A stretch of DNA of 64,000 nt from an uncultured Gammaproteobacteria bacterium (GCA_964621085.1 CAZUKY010000004.1:1266-65265); one strand, 5' to 3'; positions 36,956-47,339 are shown, counted from the first letter of the stretch. Made by a program: numbers and translations. The notes: a model not told the origin generated them from the letters alone.

Positions 36956-38740
36956 TTAATCAACGAGCAATCCGACAATTGTTGCGACTGGCGCTCCCTG
37001 TCCTTCTGCGGCATTAGAAACATAAAAAATCGAAGTCGCTCCTTTTTTCTTTGCGGTAAATTTTACTTCCAACACGTTACGTGAATCTCCGTCACTCGAA
37101 GGAACTGATGTGATATCGGGAGACGCCTCGAGAACTTCATCGTCATAATCTATCGGGTCTTTGCGAAAACCAGCAGAAAGCTGCGGATGCGTGAGTGCTT
37201 TAAATGTAAATGTATCGCCAATACGCGCACGATAGATATAATTCGATACGACATAGCCCGAATGAGAAAGAATTTGTTCTTGCGATGTAACATAGTGAAG
37301 TTCCTGAGAGTTAGAACCAGGATCAATGTACCAAAAATCGATTGTATCTTCTCGTACTCGCTGCACCATCTTTCCCACTGCTTTCTTTTGTAAGTCTCGA
37401 TCAATAGTAAGTTTTTTATTGACTTCAAGAGGACTGTATCCATTGCGCAATTCGTCGGCGTCCGAATGTCCGTCGCCATCAGTGTCGAGATTTTTCGGAT
37501 TAGTGCCATACGCTTCCTCAAAGGCGTCTGACAATCCATCACCATCGCTATCAGGTGTCTGACCGCTATACATCCTCACCGGAAGCGAATGCAGTTGTTC
37601 AAGCGTGATGTTTGTGAATGAGGAAAGGGGTGTCAGTGATGCAAGGATAGTGTCAATTTCCGCCTGGTTTGCGCCTTTAATAAGAAATGAATAGCTTTCT
37701 AGAGGGAAATACACATCGATAGTAGTGAAACCTTGCTGAGAATTGCTGGGATAGAGAATCGCGTTCCAATTGTCTGTATCAATGATATGCGGAGACGATG
37801 AAGAACGATTAATAATACTTTTCATTAGAAGCAAGCTTAACTTCAATTCAAGCGCTTGAACCGATTGGAGCGGAAAAGGAGGTAATAAGTCAGCGAATGT
37901 ATGTTTAAGAAGATATACCGTACTCTCGTAGCGAGTCATGGGTGTATGTGCCTTGCCTGCTAACTTCGCAAAAATGGCGGCAATTCTACTGGTTGATTCG
38001 GCAGCCTCTTTCGAATTGTCGAATGCTCGTCGCGTTCCACCTAACACGCTTATCGTTCGTTCATCGAATTTCAAACCAAGCGAAGGAGTTTCCTTATCTC
38101 GATTATCGCGAATATCCGTTATCTCACCCCATGCTTCTGGCGCGCGAAACCTCAAACCGAAATATTCATAGGTGTCCCCATACGGTTGAGGAGAAGAAAG
38201 CGTGTAAGACTGCGGAACGACGTTGATACTATTCCATGCTTTTCGAAATATCCACGCAAACATAGCATATTGAACAACCACAAAAATGAAGCTGAAAACA
38301 ATAATGCTACCAATGATCTTTTTCCATGGATGCCGCTCTACACGATCCATTTTTCTGCCAGGAAAAGCGAATGTCGCATACAGCGTTCGACCACTCGCAA
38401 CAACCATGAGCGCAGCTAGCAGAATATTGGAGCCGCCGTCTCCTGAGCCGAGAAGGATTTGCATTGTAGAAAACAGCGAAAAAATCGTAAAGAAGAATAT
38501 GAGAGCTGCAACAAATCTACTCTTCAATAAAAAAAGCAAACCGGCCAAGACAAAAAGCGCACCACCTTCGTATGCATACACTCTGCCAAACAAAAGAAAT
38601 CCGAGCGTGCCTTGAATAAGGGCAATGCTAAAAAATATGACGCAACTAACTTTGATCGCAGCAAGCGCATCATCTCTTGTTTTGATTTTTCCAAACAAGT
38701 TATACTTCTTTTTTTCTTGCACTGCGGATACCCCATCCAT
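36956..38740 (-). CDS. Membrane protein (N-terminal TM helices) with an extracytoplasmic domain containing thrombospondin-type-3-like Ca-binding repeats
   Basis: 594 aa with DSDGDGLSDAFEEAYGTNPKNLDTDGDGHSDADELRNGYSPL. Confidence 0.5.
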   Translation of the reverse strand: MDGVSAVQEKKKYNLFGKIKTRDDALAAIKVSCVIFFSIALIQGTLGFLLFGRVYAYEGGALFVLAGLLFLLKSRFVAALIFFFTIFSLFSTMQILLGSGDGGSNILLAALMVVASGRTLYATFAFPGRKMDRVERHPWKKIIGSIIVFSFIFVVVQYAMFAWIFRKAWNSINVVPQSYTLSSPQPYGDTYEYFGLRFRAPEAWGEITDIRDNRDKETPSLGLKFDERTISVLGGTRRAFDNSKEAAESTSRIAAIFAKLAGKAHTPMTRYESTVYLLKHTFADLLPPFPLQSVQALELKLSLLLMKSIINRSSSSPHIIDTDNWNAILYPSNSQQGFTTIDVYFPLESYSFLIKGANQAEIDTILASLTPLSSFTNITLEQLHSLPVRMYSGQTPDSDGDGLSDAFEEAYGTNPKNLDTDGDGHSDADELRNGYSPLEVNKKLTIDRDLQKKAVGKMVQRVREDTIDFWYIDPGSNSQELHYVTSQEQILSHSGYVVSNYIYRARIGDTFTFKALTHPQLSAGFRKDPIDYDDEVLEASPDITSVPSSDGDSRNVLEVKFTAKKKGATSIFYVSNAAEGQGAPVATIVGLLVD

Positions 38741-38786
38741 AGGGATCTATTAGCTCGATGCATGCCGTGTCTTACAGCGAGCAGAG

Positions 38787-40265
38787 TTAGCTTATTATTC
38801 TCTCCTTGTATGTTTTGACAGCAGGCAGCTCGTCGATCTCTTTTTGCGTAAAAATATGCAGCTCGATAAACGCATTCCGCATTTCACGGTATTCTTCACC
38901 GCTGTCGTGTTGGCTTATACTCAGAGCACGCTCGATCGCAGTTTCTGCCGCCTGACGGATAGCCGGATGTCGGCCAAAATCCCGTTCTGAAACGATCCCA
39001 TACCGTGCGATTTCCTTCGCGTACTCCCGAAAGCTCTGCACATGCCCTCCATTGCCAAATATCTCAACGCCTTTCGCCAATATCTTTTCCCGCGGCCGCA
39101 CTGCATGCATCACTTCGTCTTCACTAATAATATGTCGCGAAGTAAACTCATGCACAGCTGTAAAAAAGGCAAGTACCCGTGCGGCGTCACCGTCTCCTAA
39201 AACCTCTGAACAACGCTTGACAGCGCGCGAACAAAGATCCGGATCCCGATGAAAAGTTGAAACATCAACAAGCCCGATTGAGGAATAGTCCGCAAGAGCG
39301 TTATCAAACTGGATGAGCTGTGAGGGCGACCCATCGCCGAAAATCTCAAGAAGCCGGTCATGCGCGCGTTCACGCAATCGAGAGGAAGCGACAATATCCT
39401 TCTCAGTAGCTAGACCGGACGCCTGGATGCGGGCAAGCCATCTCTTCAAACCAATAATTGCCTCCCATGAACCGTCTCCAAATTTCTCTTCAGCGACGTC
39501 GCATAAGAATGGAAAGAGATTTTCGTGCTCGGAAATTTCGTCACTTGAAAGGATGCCGAGTCGTTCAAATTGTTCGATAAACCGCTCGAAATGATCAGTG
39601 GAACGGATACTATGGGTAAGAATCTGGAGCGCGCCATTTTTTGTTCGAATGTCGGAAAATGCGTTTGGCGGTATGGATGAAAAATCACGAGCATCGTATT
39701 CGATCTCAAGAACATTCAATACCTGTAAAAGGTATACGAATTCCTCAAAGGCTTCCTGCTGGAGGAGTGATTCGAGCTGAGAAAGTCCGATTATTTTGAC
39801 TTGCTGAGTGAATGCGTTGCGCGATCCCTCTGCAAGTTTGTGGCGGAAATGCCGGATATGCTCGACGCCCGTTTCGGGAACATCGCGCCTGACCGATGAA
39901 AAAAATTGAACAATCGGGAGACGAAAACCTTCTTCTTGGGTCACCTGATTCGGAATACGGAAATCGCCTGACCGATCAAGCATATCCAGCGCCTCTGACA
40001 GTGTTTGGGCGCGCCCGGCCTTTATGTGGCCGCGGATGATTGTGTCAATTTTCGTCGCTTGTTCGGCTGTTAGCTTTTTTAATGAGGCGTCGGTTCCCGG
40101 AAAAAGCTCTTCGAAAAGTTCTGCATAGCGAGCACTCCTTTCCCGCGTTTGCCATTCAAAAATTCGCGGCGTCTCAAAACGCCGGACTGCTCGTTCGGTA
40201 AAAGAATCATCTTCCTGCTGAGTGCTTCTCATTTTCTCTCCTTCCGAGTTCATATCATTTTGCAC
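38787..40265 (-). CDS. Hypothetical soluble protein with internal FGDGS-containing repeats
   Basis: 492 aa. EKFGDGSWEAI…, EIFGDGSPSQL…, EVLGDGDAARV… and EIFGNGGHVQSF recur about every 40-50 aa. Its start is translationally coupled to the small basic ORF upstream. Confidence 0.5.
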   Translation of the reverse strand: MQNDMNSEGEKMRSTQQEDDSFTERAVRRFETPRIFEWQTRERSARYAELFEELFPGTDASLKKLTAEQATKIDTIIRGHIKAGRAQTLSEALDMLDRSGDFRIPNQVTQEEGFRLPIVQFFSSVRRDVPETGVEHIRHFRHKLAEGSRNAFTQQVKIIGLSQLESLLQQEAFEEFVYLLQVLNVLEIEYDARDFSSIPPNAFSDIRTKNGALQILTHSIRSTDHFERFIEQFERLGILSSDEISEHENLFPFLCDVAEEKFGDGSWEAIIGLKRWLARIQASGLATEKDIVASSRLRERAHDRLLEIFGDGSPSQLIQFDNALADYSSIGLVDVSTFHRDPDLCSRAVKRCSEVLGDGDAARVLAFFTAVHEFTSRHIISEDEVMHAVRPREKILAKGVEIFGNGGHVQSFREYAKEIARYGIVSERDFGRHPAIRQAAETAIERALSISQHDSGEEYREMRNAFIELHIFTQKEIDELPAVKTYKERIIS

Positions 40266-40434
40266 CTGTTTTCTTCACAGAAGATTTCAACGCGCGTGGA
40301 ACGCCCTGATATCCCCTGCTGACTCGCGCACGCTTTGCCGCAGCAGCAAACCCGCCGCCTATTGGCGCACGCTTTCGCTTTTCGGCCAGCGCGGCGCGTT
40401 TGGTGCCACGAACTTTTTTCTTTTCCGCATCCAT
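40256..40434 (-). CDS. Small basic Lys/Ala/Arg-rich protein (59 aa), a putative nucleic-acid-binding protein
   Basis: MDAEKKKVRGTKRAALAEKRKRAPIGGGFAAAAKRARVSRGYQGVPRALKSSVKKTGAK. A perfect TATAAT box sits 12 nt upstream of the ATG. Its stop overlaps the start region of the 492-aa gene. It is below the ORF-track size cutoff. Confidence 0.35.
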
Positions 40435-40504
40435 ACGTTTATTCCTATTATACCCTGCTCTTGCCTTTTTCGCGAAATGCGACTAGGATTATGTAAATAC
40501 TTCT

Positions 40505-41047
40505 ATGCGTTTCAACGGCATCCTTCTTTCCGGACTGCCCGGATCGGGCAAATCAACCGCGGCGCGCGAATTGCAGCCGCTTTTGGGCTGGCCCATTATC
40601 TATGTGGGCGGGTTGTGGCGCGAGCAGTGGAAACAAAAATGCCCGAACTGCGAGCTCGGATTTGAGGACTGGATGGAGACCGTAACGCAGGAAGAACATG
40701 CGGCAATGGACGCGCATGCGCGAGACGTCCTTGCGCGCGGAAACGTTATCGGCGATATGTGGCACGAAAAAATCGCGGAAGGCCTCCCGATCCTGCGGGT
40801 GTTTATCAGTGCGCCGATTGAAATCCGCGCCCAGCGCGGAACGCAGACCGGCCGATTCGAGGGCAAGTCGATCGATGAAATCAAGCAGCTCCTGCTCCAG
40901 CGCGAGGAAATGCAAGTGCAAAATGCAAAAAAACTCTACGGTCCTGACTACGACTACCGCGACCCGAGCCTGTATCACATCGTTTTGAACTCCGGTATCC
41001 TGACCGTCGAAGAAAAGATCAACGCGCTTTTGCAATTTTTCAAGTAA
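40505..41047 (+). CDS. P-loop NTPase, (d)NMP/cytidylate-kinase-like
   Basis: 180 aa with the Walker A LLSGLPGSGKST. Confidence 0.55.
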   Translation: MRFNGILLSGLPGSGKSTAARELQPLLGWPIIYVGGLWREQWKQKCPNCELGFEDWMETVTQEEHAAMDAHARDVLARGNVIGDMWHEKIAEGLPILRVFISAPIEIRAQRGTQTGRFEGKSIDEIKQLLLQREEMQVQNAKKLYGPDYDYRDPSLYHIVLNSGILTVEEKINALLQFFK

Positions 41048-41068
41048 GCAAACACGGTATCGAGACAA

Positions 41069-41100
41069 AAAAGCGGCCCAATTGGCCGCTTCTTTTTTTT
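41069..41100. terminator. Bidirectional rho-independent terminator between convergent genes
   Basis: aaaaagcggcccaattggccgcttcttttttttg. Confidence 0.65.
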
Positions 41101-41104
41101 GCAA

Positions 41105-41983
41105 TTATGCCATCGAACGCAGCGCGCGCACGCGCTCCTCGATAGGAGGATGGGTTGAAAAAAGTTTTGCCATCCACTGCTGTGTCCTGCCGAATGGATT
41201 CGAGAAGAACAGATGCGCCGTCGCCTCGCTCGCCTTTCGCATCGGCATACTATCGCTCCCGATCTTTTCCAATGCGCGCGCGAGCCCTTCCGGATAGCGC
41301 GTCAGAAGCGCGCCGGACGCGTCGGCGAGAAACTCGCGTTTGCGCGAGACGGCGAACTGGATCATCTGGGCGCCGATCGGCGCAAGAAGAATAGCAACGA
41401 CCGCAGCGATGAGTACAAGCGGATGCGTTTGCCGATTCCGATTTTCGCCGCCAAACATCGTCATGCGAAGGACAAGGTCGGCGAGAATCGCAACAACTCC
41501 GACAAGCACTACGACGATCGTCATGACGCGAATATCATAATTCTTGATATGCGAAAGCTCGTGCGCCAACACCCCCTCAAGTTCCTCGTTTTCCAGCTTC
41601 TCGAGCGCACCCTGGGTGACGGCAATCGAGGCGCGCTGCGGATTCCGTCCGGTCGCAAACGCATTGATCGCCATATCGGGCATGATGTGCACCTTTGGCA
41701 TCGGCGTTCCGCTGGCGATGCAGAGATTTTCAACCATACGCCAAAGGTACGGATTGTCCGCCTCGGTAACGGGACGCGCGCCTGACATCGAAAGCGCGAC
41801 CTTGTCGCCGGTATAGTACGACGATACCGCCATGATACTGGAGATGACCGCAGCAACGGCAACGGCCGGCATGCCGTATCCGCTCACATACCCGATCAGA
41901 TAGCCGATCCCGATCACGAACGCGATGAAGAAAAAGATCAAGACGACCGTCTTTCGCTTATTTGCGGTAATTTGGTTGTACAT
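41105..41983 (-). CDS. htpX: M48-family zinc protease HtpX
   Basis: 292 aa with HELSHIKNYD (HExxH) and N-terminal TM helices. Confidence 0.85.
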   Translation of the reverse strand: MYNQITANKRKTVVLIFFFIAFVIGIGYLIGYVSGYGMPAVAVAAVISSIMAVSSYYTGDKVALSMSGARPVTEADNPYLWRMVENLCIASGTPMPKVHIMPDMAINAFATGRNPQRASIAVTQGALEKLENEELEGVLAHELSHIKNYDIRVMTIVVVLVGVVAILADLVLRMTMFGGENRNRQTHPLVLIAAVVAILLAPIGAQMIQFAVSRKREFLADASGALLTRYPEGLARALEKIGSDSMPMRKASEATAHLFFSNPFGRTQQWMAKLFSTHPPIEERVRALRSMA

Positions 41984-42003
41984 TTCCGTTCCTTAAAAGG
42001 GCT

Positions 42004-42576
42004 CTAAAACTTCACCTGAACAGCATCGCGGGCCTGTTCGTCAGTAAGCTCGAAGAAGTCGCGCTCGCCAAACCGGAACATGCCAGCAACAATATTGACA
42101 GGAAAACTTTGAATGGCCGTATTGTAATCGCGCACATTCCCATTGTAAAAACGACGTGCAGCCTGAATCTTGTTTTCCGTATCAGCGATCTCATCCTGCA
42201 ACTTGGCAAAATTTTGCGACGCCTTGAGATCCGGATAATTTTCAGCAACCGCAAAAAGACTCTTCAGTGCGTCGGTGAGCATGTTCTCCGCCCGCGACTG
42301 CTCTGCAATGCCGGTTGCGCCCATGGCTGCCGTGCGCGCGGCTGTCACGTTTTCGAGTGTGGCGCGCTCGTGTTGCATGTACCCCTTTACCGTCTCAACC
42401 AGATTGGGGATGAGATCGTATCGGCGCTTCAGCTGGACATCGATATCCGACCACGACTCGTCGACGCGATTCCGCCGAAGGACAAGGCTGTTATACGTGA
42501 CTGCGAGCGCGATTGCAAGAACTGCAACGACGCCAAGCGCAATCCAAAGCTCCATAGGCATAGGTATTCTATTCAA
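42004..42576 (-). CDS. lemA: LemA-family protein
   Basis: 190 aa with an N-terminal TM helix. It forms the frequent lemA-htpX pair. Confidence 0.75.
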   Translation of the reverse strand: MNRIPMPMELWIALGVVAVLAIALAVTYNSLVLRRNRVDESWSDIDVQLKRRYDLIPNLVETVKGYMQHERATLENVTAARTAAMGATGIAEQSRAENMLTDALKSLFAVAENYPDLKASQNFAKLQDEIADTENKIQAARRFYNGNVRDYNTAIQSFPVNIVAGMFRFGERDFFELTDEQARDAVQVKF

Positions 42577-42619
42577 GTTTTAACTTTTGGCTTTTAGGAT
42601 TAAAAACCAAAAGCGAAAA

Positions 42620-42874
42620 CTAGAAAGGAAGCTCGCCGCTCGCATCTTCTTTTTCCTCCTGTCCTTCCGCCAGTGATGCAAACTTTTTCTTTACCTCAAC
42701 AACGCGGTTCTCGATGACCGAGAGTCGTTTTTTGCAGCTCTGCGCAAGCGCAAGCCCGCGCTCGAACTGCTCGATCGCCTCGTCAAGATCGATCTGGCCC
42801 GACTCGAGCCGCTCAACGATTTTTTCCAGTTCCGCAAAATCCTGCTGGAATGACTGGGTATCTTTTTTCGGCAT
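42620..42874 (-). CDS. xseB: Exodeoxyribonuclease VII small subunit
   Basis: 84 aa, FAELEKIVERLESGQIDLDEAIEQFERGLALAQSCKKRL. Confidence 0.85.
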   Translation of the reverse strand: MPKKDTQSFQQDFAELEKIVERLESGQIDLDEAIEQFERGLALAQSCKKRLSVIENRVVEVKKKFASLAEGQEEKEDASGELPF

Positions 42875-42877
42875 AGC

Positions 42878-44140
42878 TTATTTTTCTGCAATTCCTGACA
42901 GTTCGCCGTCGGAAAGCTGTGCGGTAAAACGATCGCCGCGGGCGATGTCGCCCACGGATTTCACCACGCGGCCATCCTTTCGTATAATGCTATAACCCCG
43001 CTTGACAACCGTCAATGGATCAAGATTCTTCAGACTCCTCGTAACGCTTTCAAGCGCAGAAGTGCGATCGCGCACCAACGCCTCCGATGCCCGCAAGACG
43101 CGCCCGTGCGCAATTTCGACAAGACGCGCCGAGTCACGGAGACGACTCGAATACGCGGCGAGCGCACGGTCGAGCCGCCGAATCGCATGAGACGGCCCCT
43201 CAATAAATCGCTCCTCAAAATGAAAGAGGCGCACGACTGCCCGATCGATCACCGCGCGCTGCCACTCGGTCATATGCTCAATACACCGGATGGCGGCGCG
43301 CTGGCGCATATCGATTGCCGAAATCAGCTCCGTGCGGTCCGGCACGACGAGCGTTGCCGCATGCGTAGGTGTTGCCGCGCGGACGTCTGCGGCATAATCT
43401 GCCAGCGACTCGTCCCGCTCATGGCCGACGCCGCAGACCACCGGCACCCGGGAACCAAAAACCGCGCGCGCGACCGCCTCCGAGTTGAACGCCTGCAAGT
43501 CTTCCAGCGAACCACCGCCGCGAATGAGCGCTATCGCCTCAACGCCTGACTCTGCTGTATTGAAGTATTCGAATGCTCCGACGATCTCCTTTATTGCGCT
43601 CTCTCCTTGCACATGGACATGAGCCAGATGAATCTCGAGGCCTCCCCAGCGCTGGTTCAGGATACGCATAAAGTCACTGTACGCCGCCGACTCGCGCGAG
43701 CAGACGAGGCCGATGCGCGATGGTATTGCCGGGAGCGGCCGCTTTCGCGCCAGATCAAATATCCCCTCCTTCTCGAGTTTCGCCTTCGTCAATTCAAACG
43801 CCTTTCGGAGCGCCCCCTCCCCGTTCAGCTCGATCGCGTCAACATATATGCTGAACCGGCCGCTTTTCTGATGGATCCGCGGCGTGCCCATCACCCGTAC
43901 GCTCATGCCGTCGGAAAGCGGCACACCAAGCCGGAACAGCATCGTAAAACACGAGACAGTCGCCTGTGCGTCTTTTAGGTCAAAGAAAACCCACTTCCCC
44001 TGACTCACGTTAAATGACGATATCTCGCCCTCGACAACCACCGAACGCCTACCGAGTGCAAGGTTGGCATACTCGATAAACTCAGATACGGAAAAAATCG
44101 GCTTTAGCTCGGATGAGGCATTTTGGGGTGAAAAATCCAT
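42878..44140 (-). CDS. xseA: Exodeoxyribonuclease VII large subunit
   Basis: 420 aa with an OB-fold N-terminus and a catalytic core. It lies upstream of xseB with a 4-nt gap. Confidence 0.85.
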   Translation of the reverse strand: MDFSPQNASSELKPIFSVSEFIEYANLALGRRSVVVEGEISSFNVSQGKWVFFDLKDAQATVSCFTMLFRLGVPLSDGMSVRVMGTPRIHQKSGRFSIYVDAIELNGEGALRKAFELTKAKLEKEGIFDLARKRPLPAIPSRIGLVCSRESAAYSDFMRILNQRWGGLEIHLAHVHVQGESAIKEIVGAFEYFNTAESGVEAIALIRGGGSLEDLQAFNSEAVARAVFGSRVPVVCGVGHERDESLADYAADVRAATPTHAATLVVPDRTELISAIDMRQRAAIRCIEHMTEWQRAVIDRAVVRLFHFEERFIEGPSHAIRRLDRALAAYSSRLRDSARLVEIAHGRVLRASEALVRDRTSALESVTRSLKNLDPLTVVKRGYSIIRKDGRVVKSVGDIARGDRFTAQLSDGELSGIAEK

Positions 44141-44191
44141 ATAAAAAGCCTATCACACAGGGGTTATGAAAAAAAGATGTCAGTAGTACAC

Positions 44192-44220
44192 TTGACATTT
44201 TTTCCAGATGAGCTTATTTT
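44192..44220 (+). promoter_or_regulatory. Promoter TTGACA-N17-TATTTT
   Basis: There is an AGGAGG SD 11 nt before the ATG at 44257. Confidence 0.45.
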
Positions 44221-44256
44221 AGAAGCGCCCAGTTCAGCTAGGAGGTGTAGCTAACA

Positions 44257-45096
44257 ATGGACGAACCCTCGAGAACGAGGTCGCCGGTCGGGCGGCGGCC
44301 ACTCAGTTTCTCCGGCCCATCCCTCATCGTAGGGGGGGTCATCGGCGGCGCGCTCACGGCGGCATTACTGACACTCATCCCGCCCAAGCAGCCGGAGGTG
44401 CAGCAAGCGGCCGAACCGACCGCGCAACCCGCCCAGACCGAGCAGTTCCGCATGATGACCAAGTGGGTGTTCGGAGGCAAGAGCTTCGACAGCAACGACA
44501 AGCTCGAGTCCAGGAGGGCGCCCATCACGGTCGATCCCGTCTTCCGGCCCGAAGATGCGACGCCGTCGTACTTCGGCCAACTCCTCAACGCCTACGGCAA
44601 ACTCACCTATGCGCAGGTCACGTACCTGCTCAACGGCGAGATGCCCTACGACAACAAGGGAAAGACCGTCGGGAAGGTCAAGGCCGAGGTCGCCGCGGTG
44701 ATCCACTTCACCGCCGACCACAAAGGCGTAACCTACGGCGAGTCGCCGATCCGCGTCTTCGCACGCGGAGAAGACGGCGAGCCGAAAGCGATCCCGACCG
44801 CGTACCACTGGAAGGACCGGTTCACGGTCCTGGTCACCGGAATGGACGGCCGCCTGCCGGAGTACCATAAGTTCGCGGCCTACAGCGTCGTGAACAACCG
44901 GGAAATCCGCAGGTCGTACATCGACGTAGATCGGTGCACGATCCAGGACAAGACCTTCGTCCTCATGGGACCGGACGGCAAGCCGGTTACCGACCCGGTG
45001 GAGCGCCGCAAGGCGTGGTTCGAGGCCCGCAAGGTCACGCGCCGCGTCCCAGTCGCCTCCTCCGAGGACACCGATCGGGTGGCTACGCGAAAGTAG
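44257..45096 (+). CDS. Hypothetical exported or membrane-anchored protein, GC-rich
   Basis: 279 aa with an N-terminal TM or signal segment (LIVGGVIGGALTAALLTLIPP). It has its own promoter, SD and terminator. Confidence 0.55.
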   Translation: MDEPSRTRSPVGRRPLSFSGPSLIVGGVIGGALTAALLTLIPPKQPEVQQAAEPTAQPAQTEQFRMMTKWVFGGKSFDSNDKLESRRAPITVDPVFRPEDATPSYFGQLLNAYGKLTYAQVTYLLNGEMPYDNKGKTVGKVKAEVAAVIHFTADHKGVTYGESPIRVFARGEDGEPKAIPTAYHWKDRFTVLVTGMDGRLPEYHKFAAYSVVNNREIRRSYIDVDRCTIQDKTFVLMGPDGKPVTDPVERRKAWFEARKVTRRVPVASSEDTDRVATRK

Positions 45097-45109
45097 CCTT
45101 CCAACCGCT

Positions 45110-45148
45110 CAGCCGGTCTCTGCTCTAGAGGCCGGCTGATTTCTATTT
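45110..45148 (+). terminator. Hairpin with T-tract
   Basis: cagccggtctct-gctct-agaggccggctg followed by atttctattt. Confidence 0.45.
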
Positions 45149-45207
45149 ATAAAAGAAACAACCCAGGAGACAAGGTCTCCCGGGCAGCGTTGTTGCGCTC
45201 GCGCGCA

Positions 45208-46221
45208 TTATCCGTTCGAGCGGAGTGCGGGCTGTTTTGCGACCGCCTCCTTCTTGACGCGCCGCACCGTCTTTGTGCGAGCCGCCTCGACGCCCTTTTT
45301 CGCTGCAGTCGTAACCGTCTTCTCGATACCTTGCTTGCGTCTCCTCCCCGACTCTTTCTTGACCGCCAGCTCTCGAGCCATCGCCGGCCGGGAGATCTGC
45401 CAGTGGAGCACCTCTGCATCCGTATACGCGGGCACACAGCGCCAGCACGCGAACAGATGCTCCAGGATGATCTGTCGGGTCTCATTCGTCGCCCGGGCGA
45501 CCCAGTCATGGATCCGCCCGAGAGGAAGCGCGGCGAGCCGGCGCTTCACCTCGGCGGCGTAGCGCAGTCGCAGCGACTTGCTCATCTTGGAGCAGTGGTC
45601 CAGTTCCATGAAGGCATCATGCCCAACCTCCGAAAGGCACGCCTCGAGTCGCCGCTCGATCTTCTCATGAAGCTTCGGAAAAGCCTTTGGCCTCATCACC
45701 TGATGAGCGCGTGCCAGTGCGTCTCCTTTCGCGTATCTCACCTTGGAGTCGATACGCTTGAACAGGAGGTCGCGCTCGGTCATGTCCCACGAGGCCGGAA
45801 CCGCGCCCTCGAGCATCAGGATGAGCTGGTAGAGCTCGCACGCCTTCGTGTCGCTCAGCGCGCGGGTCCGCAGCACGCTCTTCATCCATGGGACGGCCGC
45901 CTCCTCGAACAGATCGGCCGCAAACGAGGGCGATATGTGCGCCATGCGCCGCACAAAGAGGATCTTGAGCAGATTGCGATGCGAAAAGACGCAAGGGCGC
46001 TTGGGCAACTGCACGCGCACATACGCGTCATAGTCGAGCCCTTCGATCAGGTTCAGCGCATGCAGGAGGATCCTGCACTGCACTGCCGGGTCGCTGCGGA
46101 CCGCGACCGGAACGCCGTGCCACCGACGCTCGAAATCGATGATCGCGCCCGGATTGCACGCGAGCCCGACCGCGATTCGGTAGTGAAGAGACGGCAAGGT
46201 CCGTACAAGAGGCAGTCTCAC
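45208..46221 (-). CDS. Hypothetical protein, GC-rich, with a Lys/Ala-rich basic C-terminal tail
   Basis: 337 aa with a GTG start and an AGGAG SD. The C-terminus reads KKESGRRRKQGIEKTVTTAAKKGVEAARTKTVRRVKKEAVAKQPALRSNG. The overlapping plus-strand ORF 45190-46239 is an antisense artefact. Confidence 0.5.
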   Translation of the reverse strand: MRLPLVRTLPSLHYRIAVGLACNPGAIIDFERRWHGVPVAVRSDPAVQCRILLHALNLIEGLDYDAYVRVQLPKRPCVFSHRNLLKILFVRRMAHISPSFAADLFEEAAVPWMKSVLRTRALSDTKACELYQLILMLEGAVPASWDMTERDLLFKRIDSKVRYAKGDALARAHQVMRPKAFPKLHEKIERRLEACLSEVGHDAFMELDHCSKMSKSLRLRYAAEVKRRLAALPLGRIHDWVARATNETRQIILEHLFACWRCVPAYTDAEVLHWQISRPAMARELAVKKESGRRRKQGIEKTVTTAAKKGVEAARTKTVRRVKKEAVAKQPALRSNG

Positions 46222-46306
46222 GGCAGCTCCTTTCGATAAGCGGGAGTGACAGGAGTATTCAAGCCGAAATCAACTCGGCCGTCAACCCTTACCCTGGCCA
46301 CGGATC

Positions 46307-47311
46307 TTACTCCCCTTCCCGAAACAATGTTCGCGCACGATCCCAGTAAACATCAACTCCGCTCTGCTTCATCGCATACCACCATTCGACGCCCCACAGG
46401 TAGACCTCGGAAAATCCAACTTCTTTTGCAAACTTGATGTTTTCCTCGAACTTACTCATTGGCAGATGCGCCATCGCTTCAGAAACGCTCATTTCGATAA
46501 GACTCTTTTCTCCCCATGGCTCTGCCTGTAGTTCGGTGATAATAACTTCTTTTCCGAGAGCATTCAGATACGCTGCGCGCACCTGATAATATCCCGGACG
46601 AATCGGAAACGGAATGCGGCCGAACGTGGTATTCCACGCCTCGCGGTACAGGCTGGAACCGAGCACGTCGCCATAGAGGGCGATCGGAAGCCACAACGTC
46701 CACTCACCCGAATCCGAGATGACGATCGGGCGCGTGTCCAAAGAACGCACCAACGCAACTTCTTTTGCCAAATGATCAAGTCCCCTTCCCTCCGGACAGA
46801 TACCGAACGGGAAGAGAATCTCGTTTTCCACCTGCCACTTCTCAATTGCCGCATGGTCGCGATAGCGCGTCACAACAGCGGCAATGAAATCCTGAACCGC
46901 CCCTTCTTGCTCGTCACGACTCAATTTGTTCAGCCAAGGCGGATCATGACACTCTGGCCAACGTGGCACCTTCCTGCCGACAGCAAGGATGACACGCACG
47001 CCGCGCTTCGCCGCCTCGTCGAGCTGATAATCGAGCGCCGAGAAATCCCGAACCCCGCGCTCCGGTTCGATCATATTCCAGTATGCCGAGAGTCGAAATT
47101 TTTTTACGCCAAGGTCATCAAGTATCGCAGTGTAGGTTTCTCGCCAATCAAGACCGAGCCACTCTGCCTGCCCGGGCGAAAACGTCACGCCGAACTCCTG
47201 GTCTGCCGGGGCCTGAAAACTAGGAAAATTCAAAAACCCAAGTCCCGCAAAAAAAACGGCAGCACATGCAAGGCTGCCGCGAACCGCAAACTTTTTCAGA
47301 AATCCAATCAC
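46307..47311 (-). CDS. Secreted TIM-barrel glycosyl-hydrolase-like protein (GH5/GH113/GH42-like; family uncertain)
   Basis: 334 aa with a signal peptide. The motifs SAYWNMIEP and …ENEI… suggest a retaining glycosidase. Confidence 0.45.
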   Translation of the reverse strand: MIGFLKKFAVRGSLACAAVFFAGLGFLNFPSFQAPADQEFGVTFSPGQAEWLGLDWRETYTAILDDLGVKKFRLSAYWNMIEPERGVRDFSALDYQLDEAAKRGVRVILAVGRKVPRWPECHDPPWLNKLSRDEQEGAVQDFIAAVVTRYRDHAAIEKWQVENEILFPFGICPEGRGLDHLAKEVALVRSLDTRPIVISDSGEWTLWLPIALYGDVLGSSLYREAWNTTFGRIPFPIRPGYYQVRAAYLNALGKEVIITELQAEPWGEKSLIEMSVSEAMAHLPMSKFEENIKFAKEVGFSEVYLWGVEWWYAMKQSGVDVYWDRARTLFREGE

Positions 47312-47339
47312 ATGCGTTTATCGGATGTTGGGCACGTAC

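Noticed and set aside
45190-46239. 349-aa plus-strand ORF
   Set aside because: It is an R/P-rich antisense frame of the better-supported minus-strand gene 45208-46221. High GC keeps antisense frames open.
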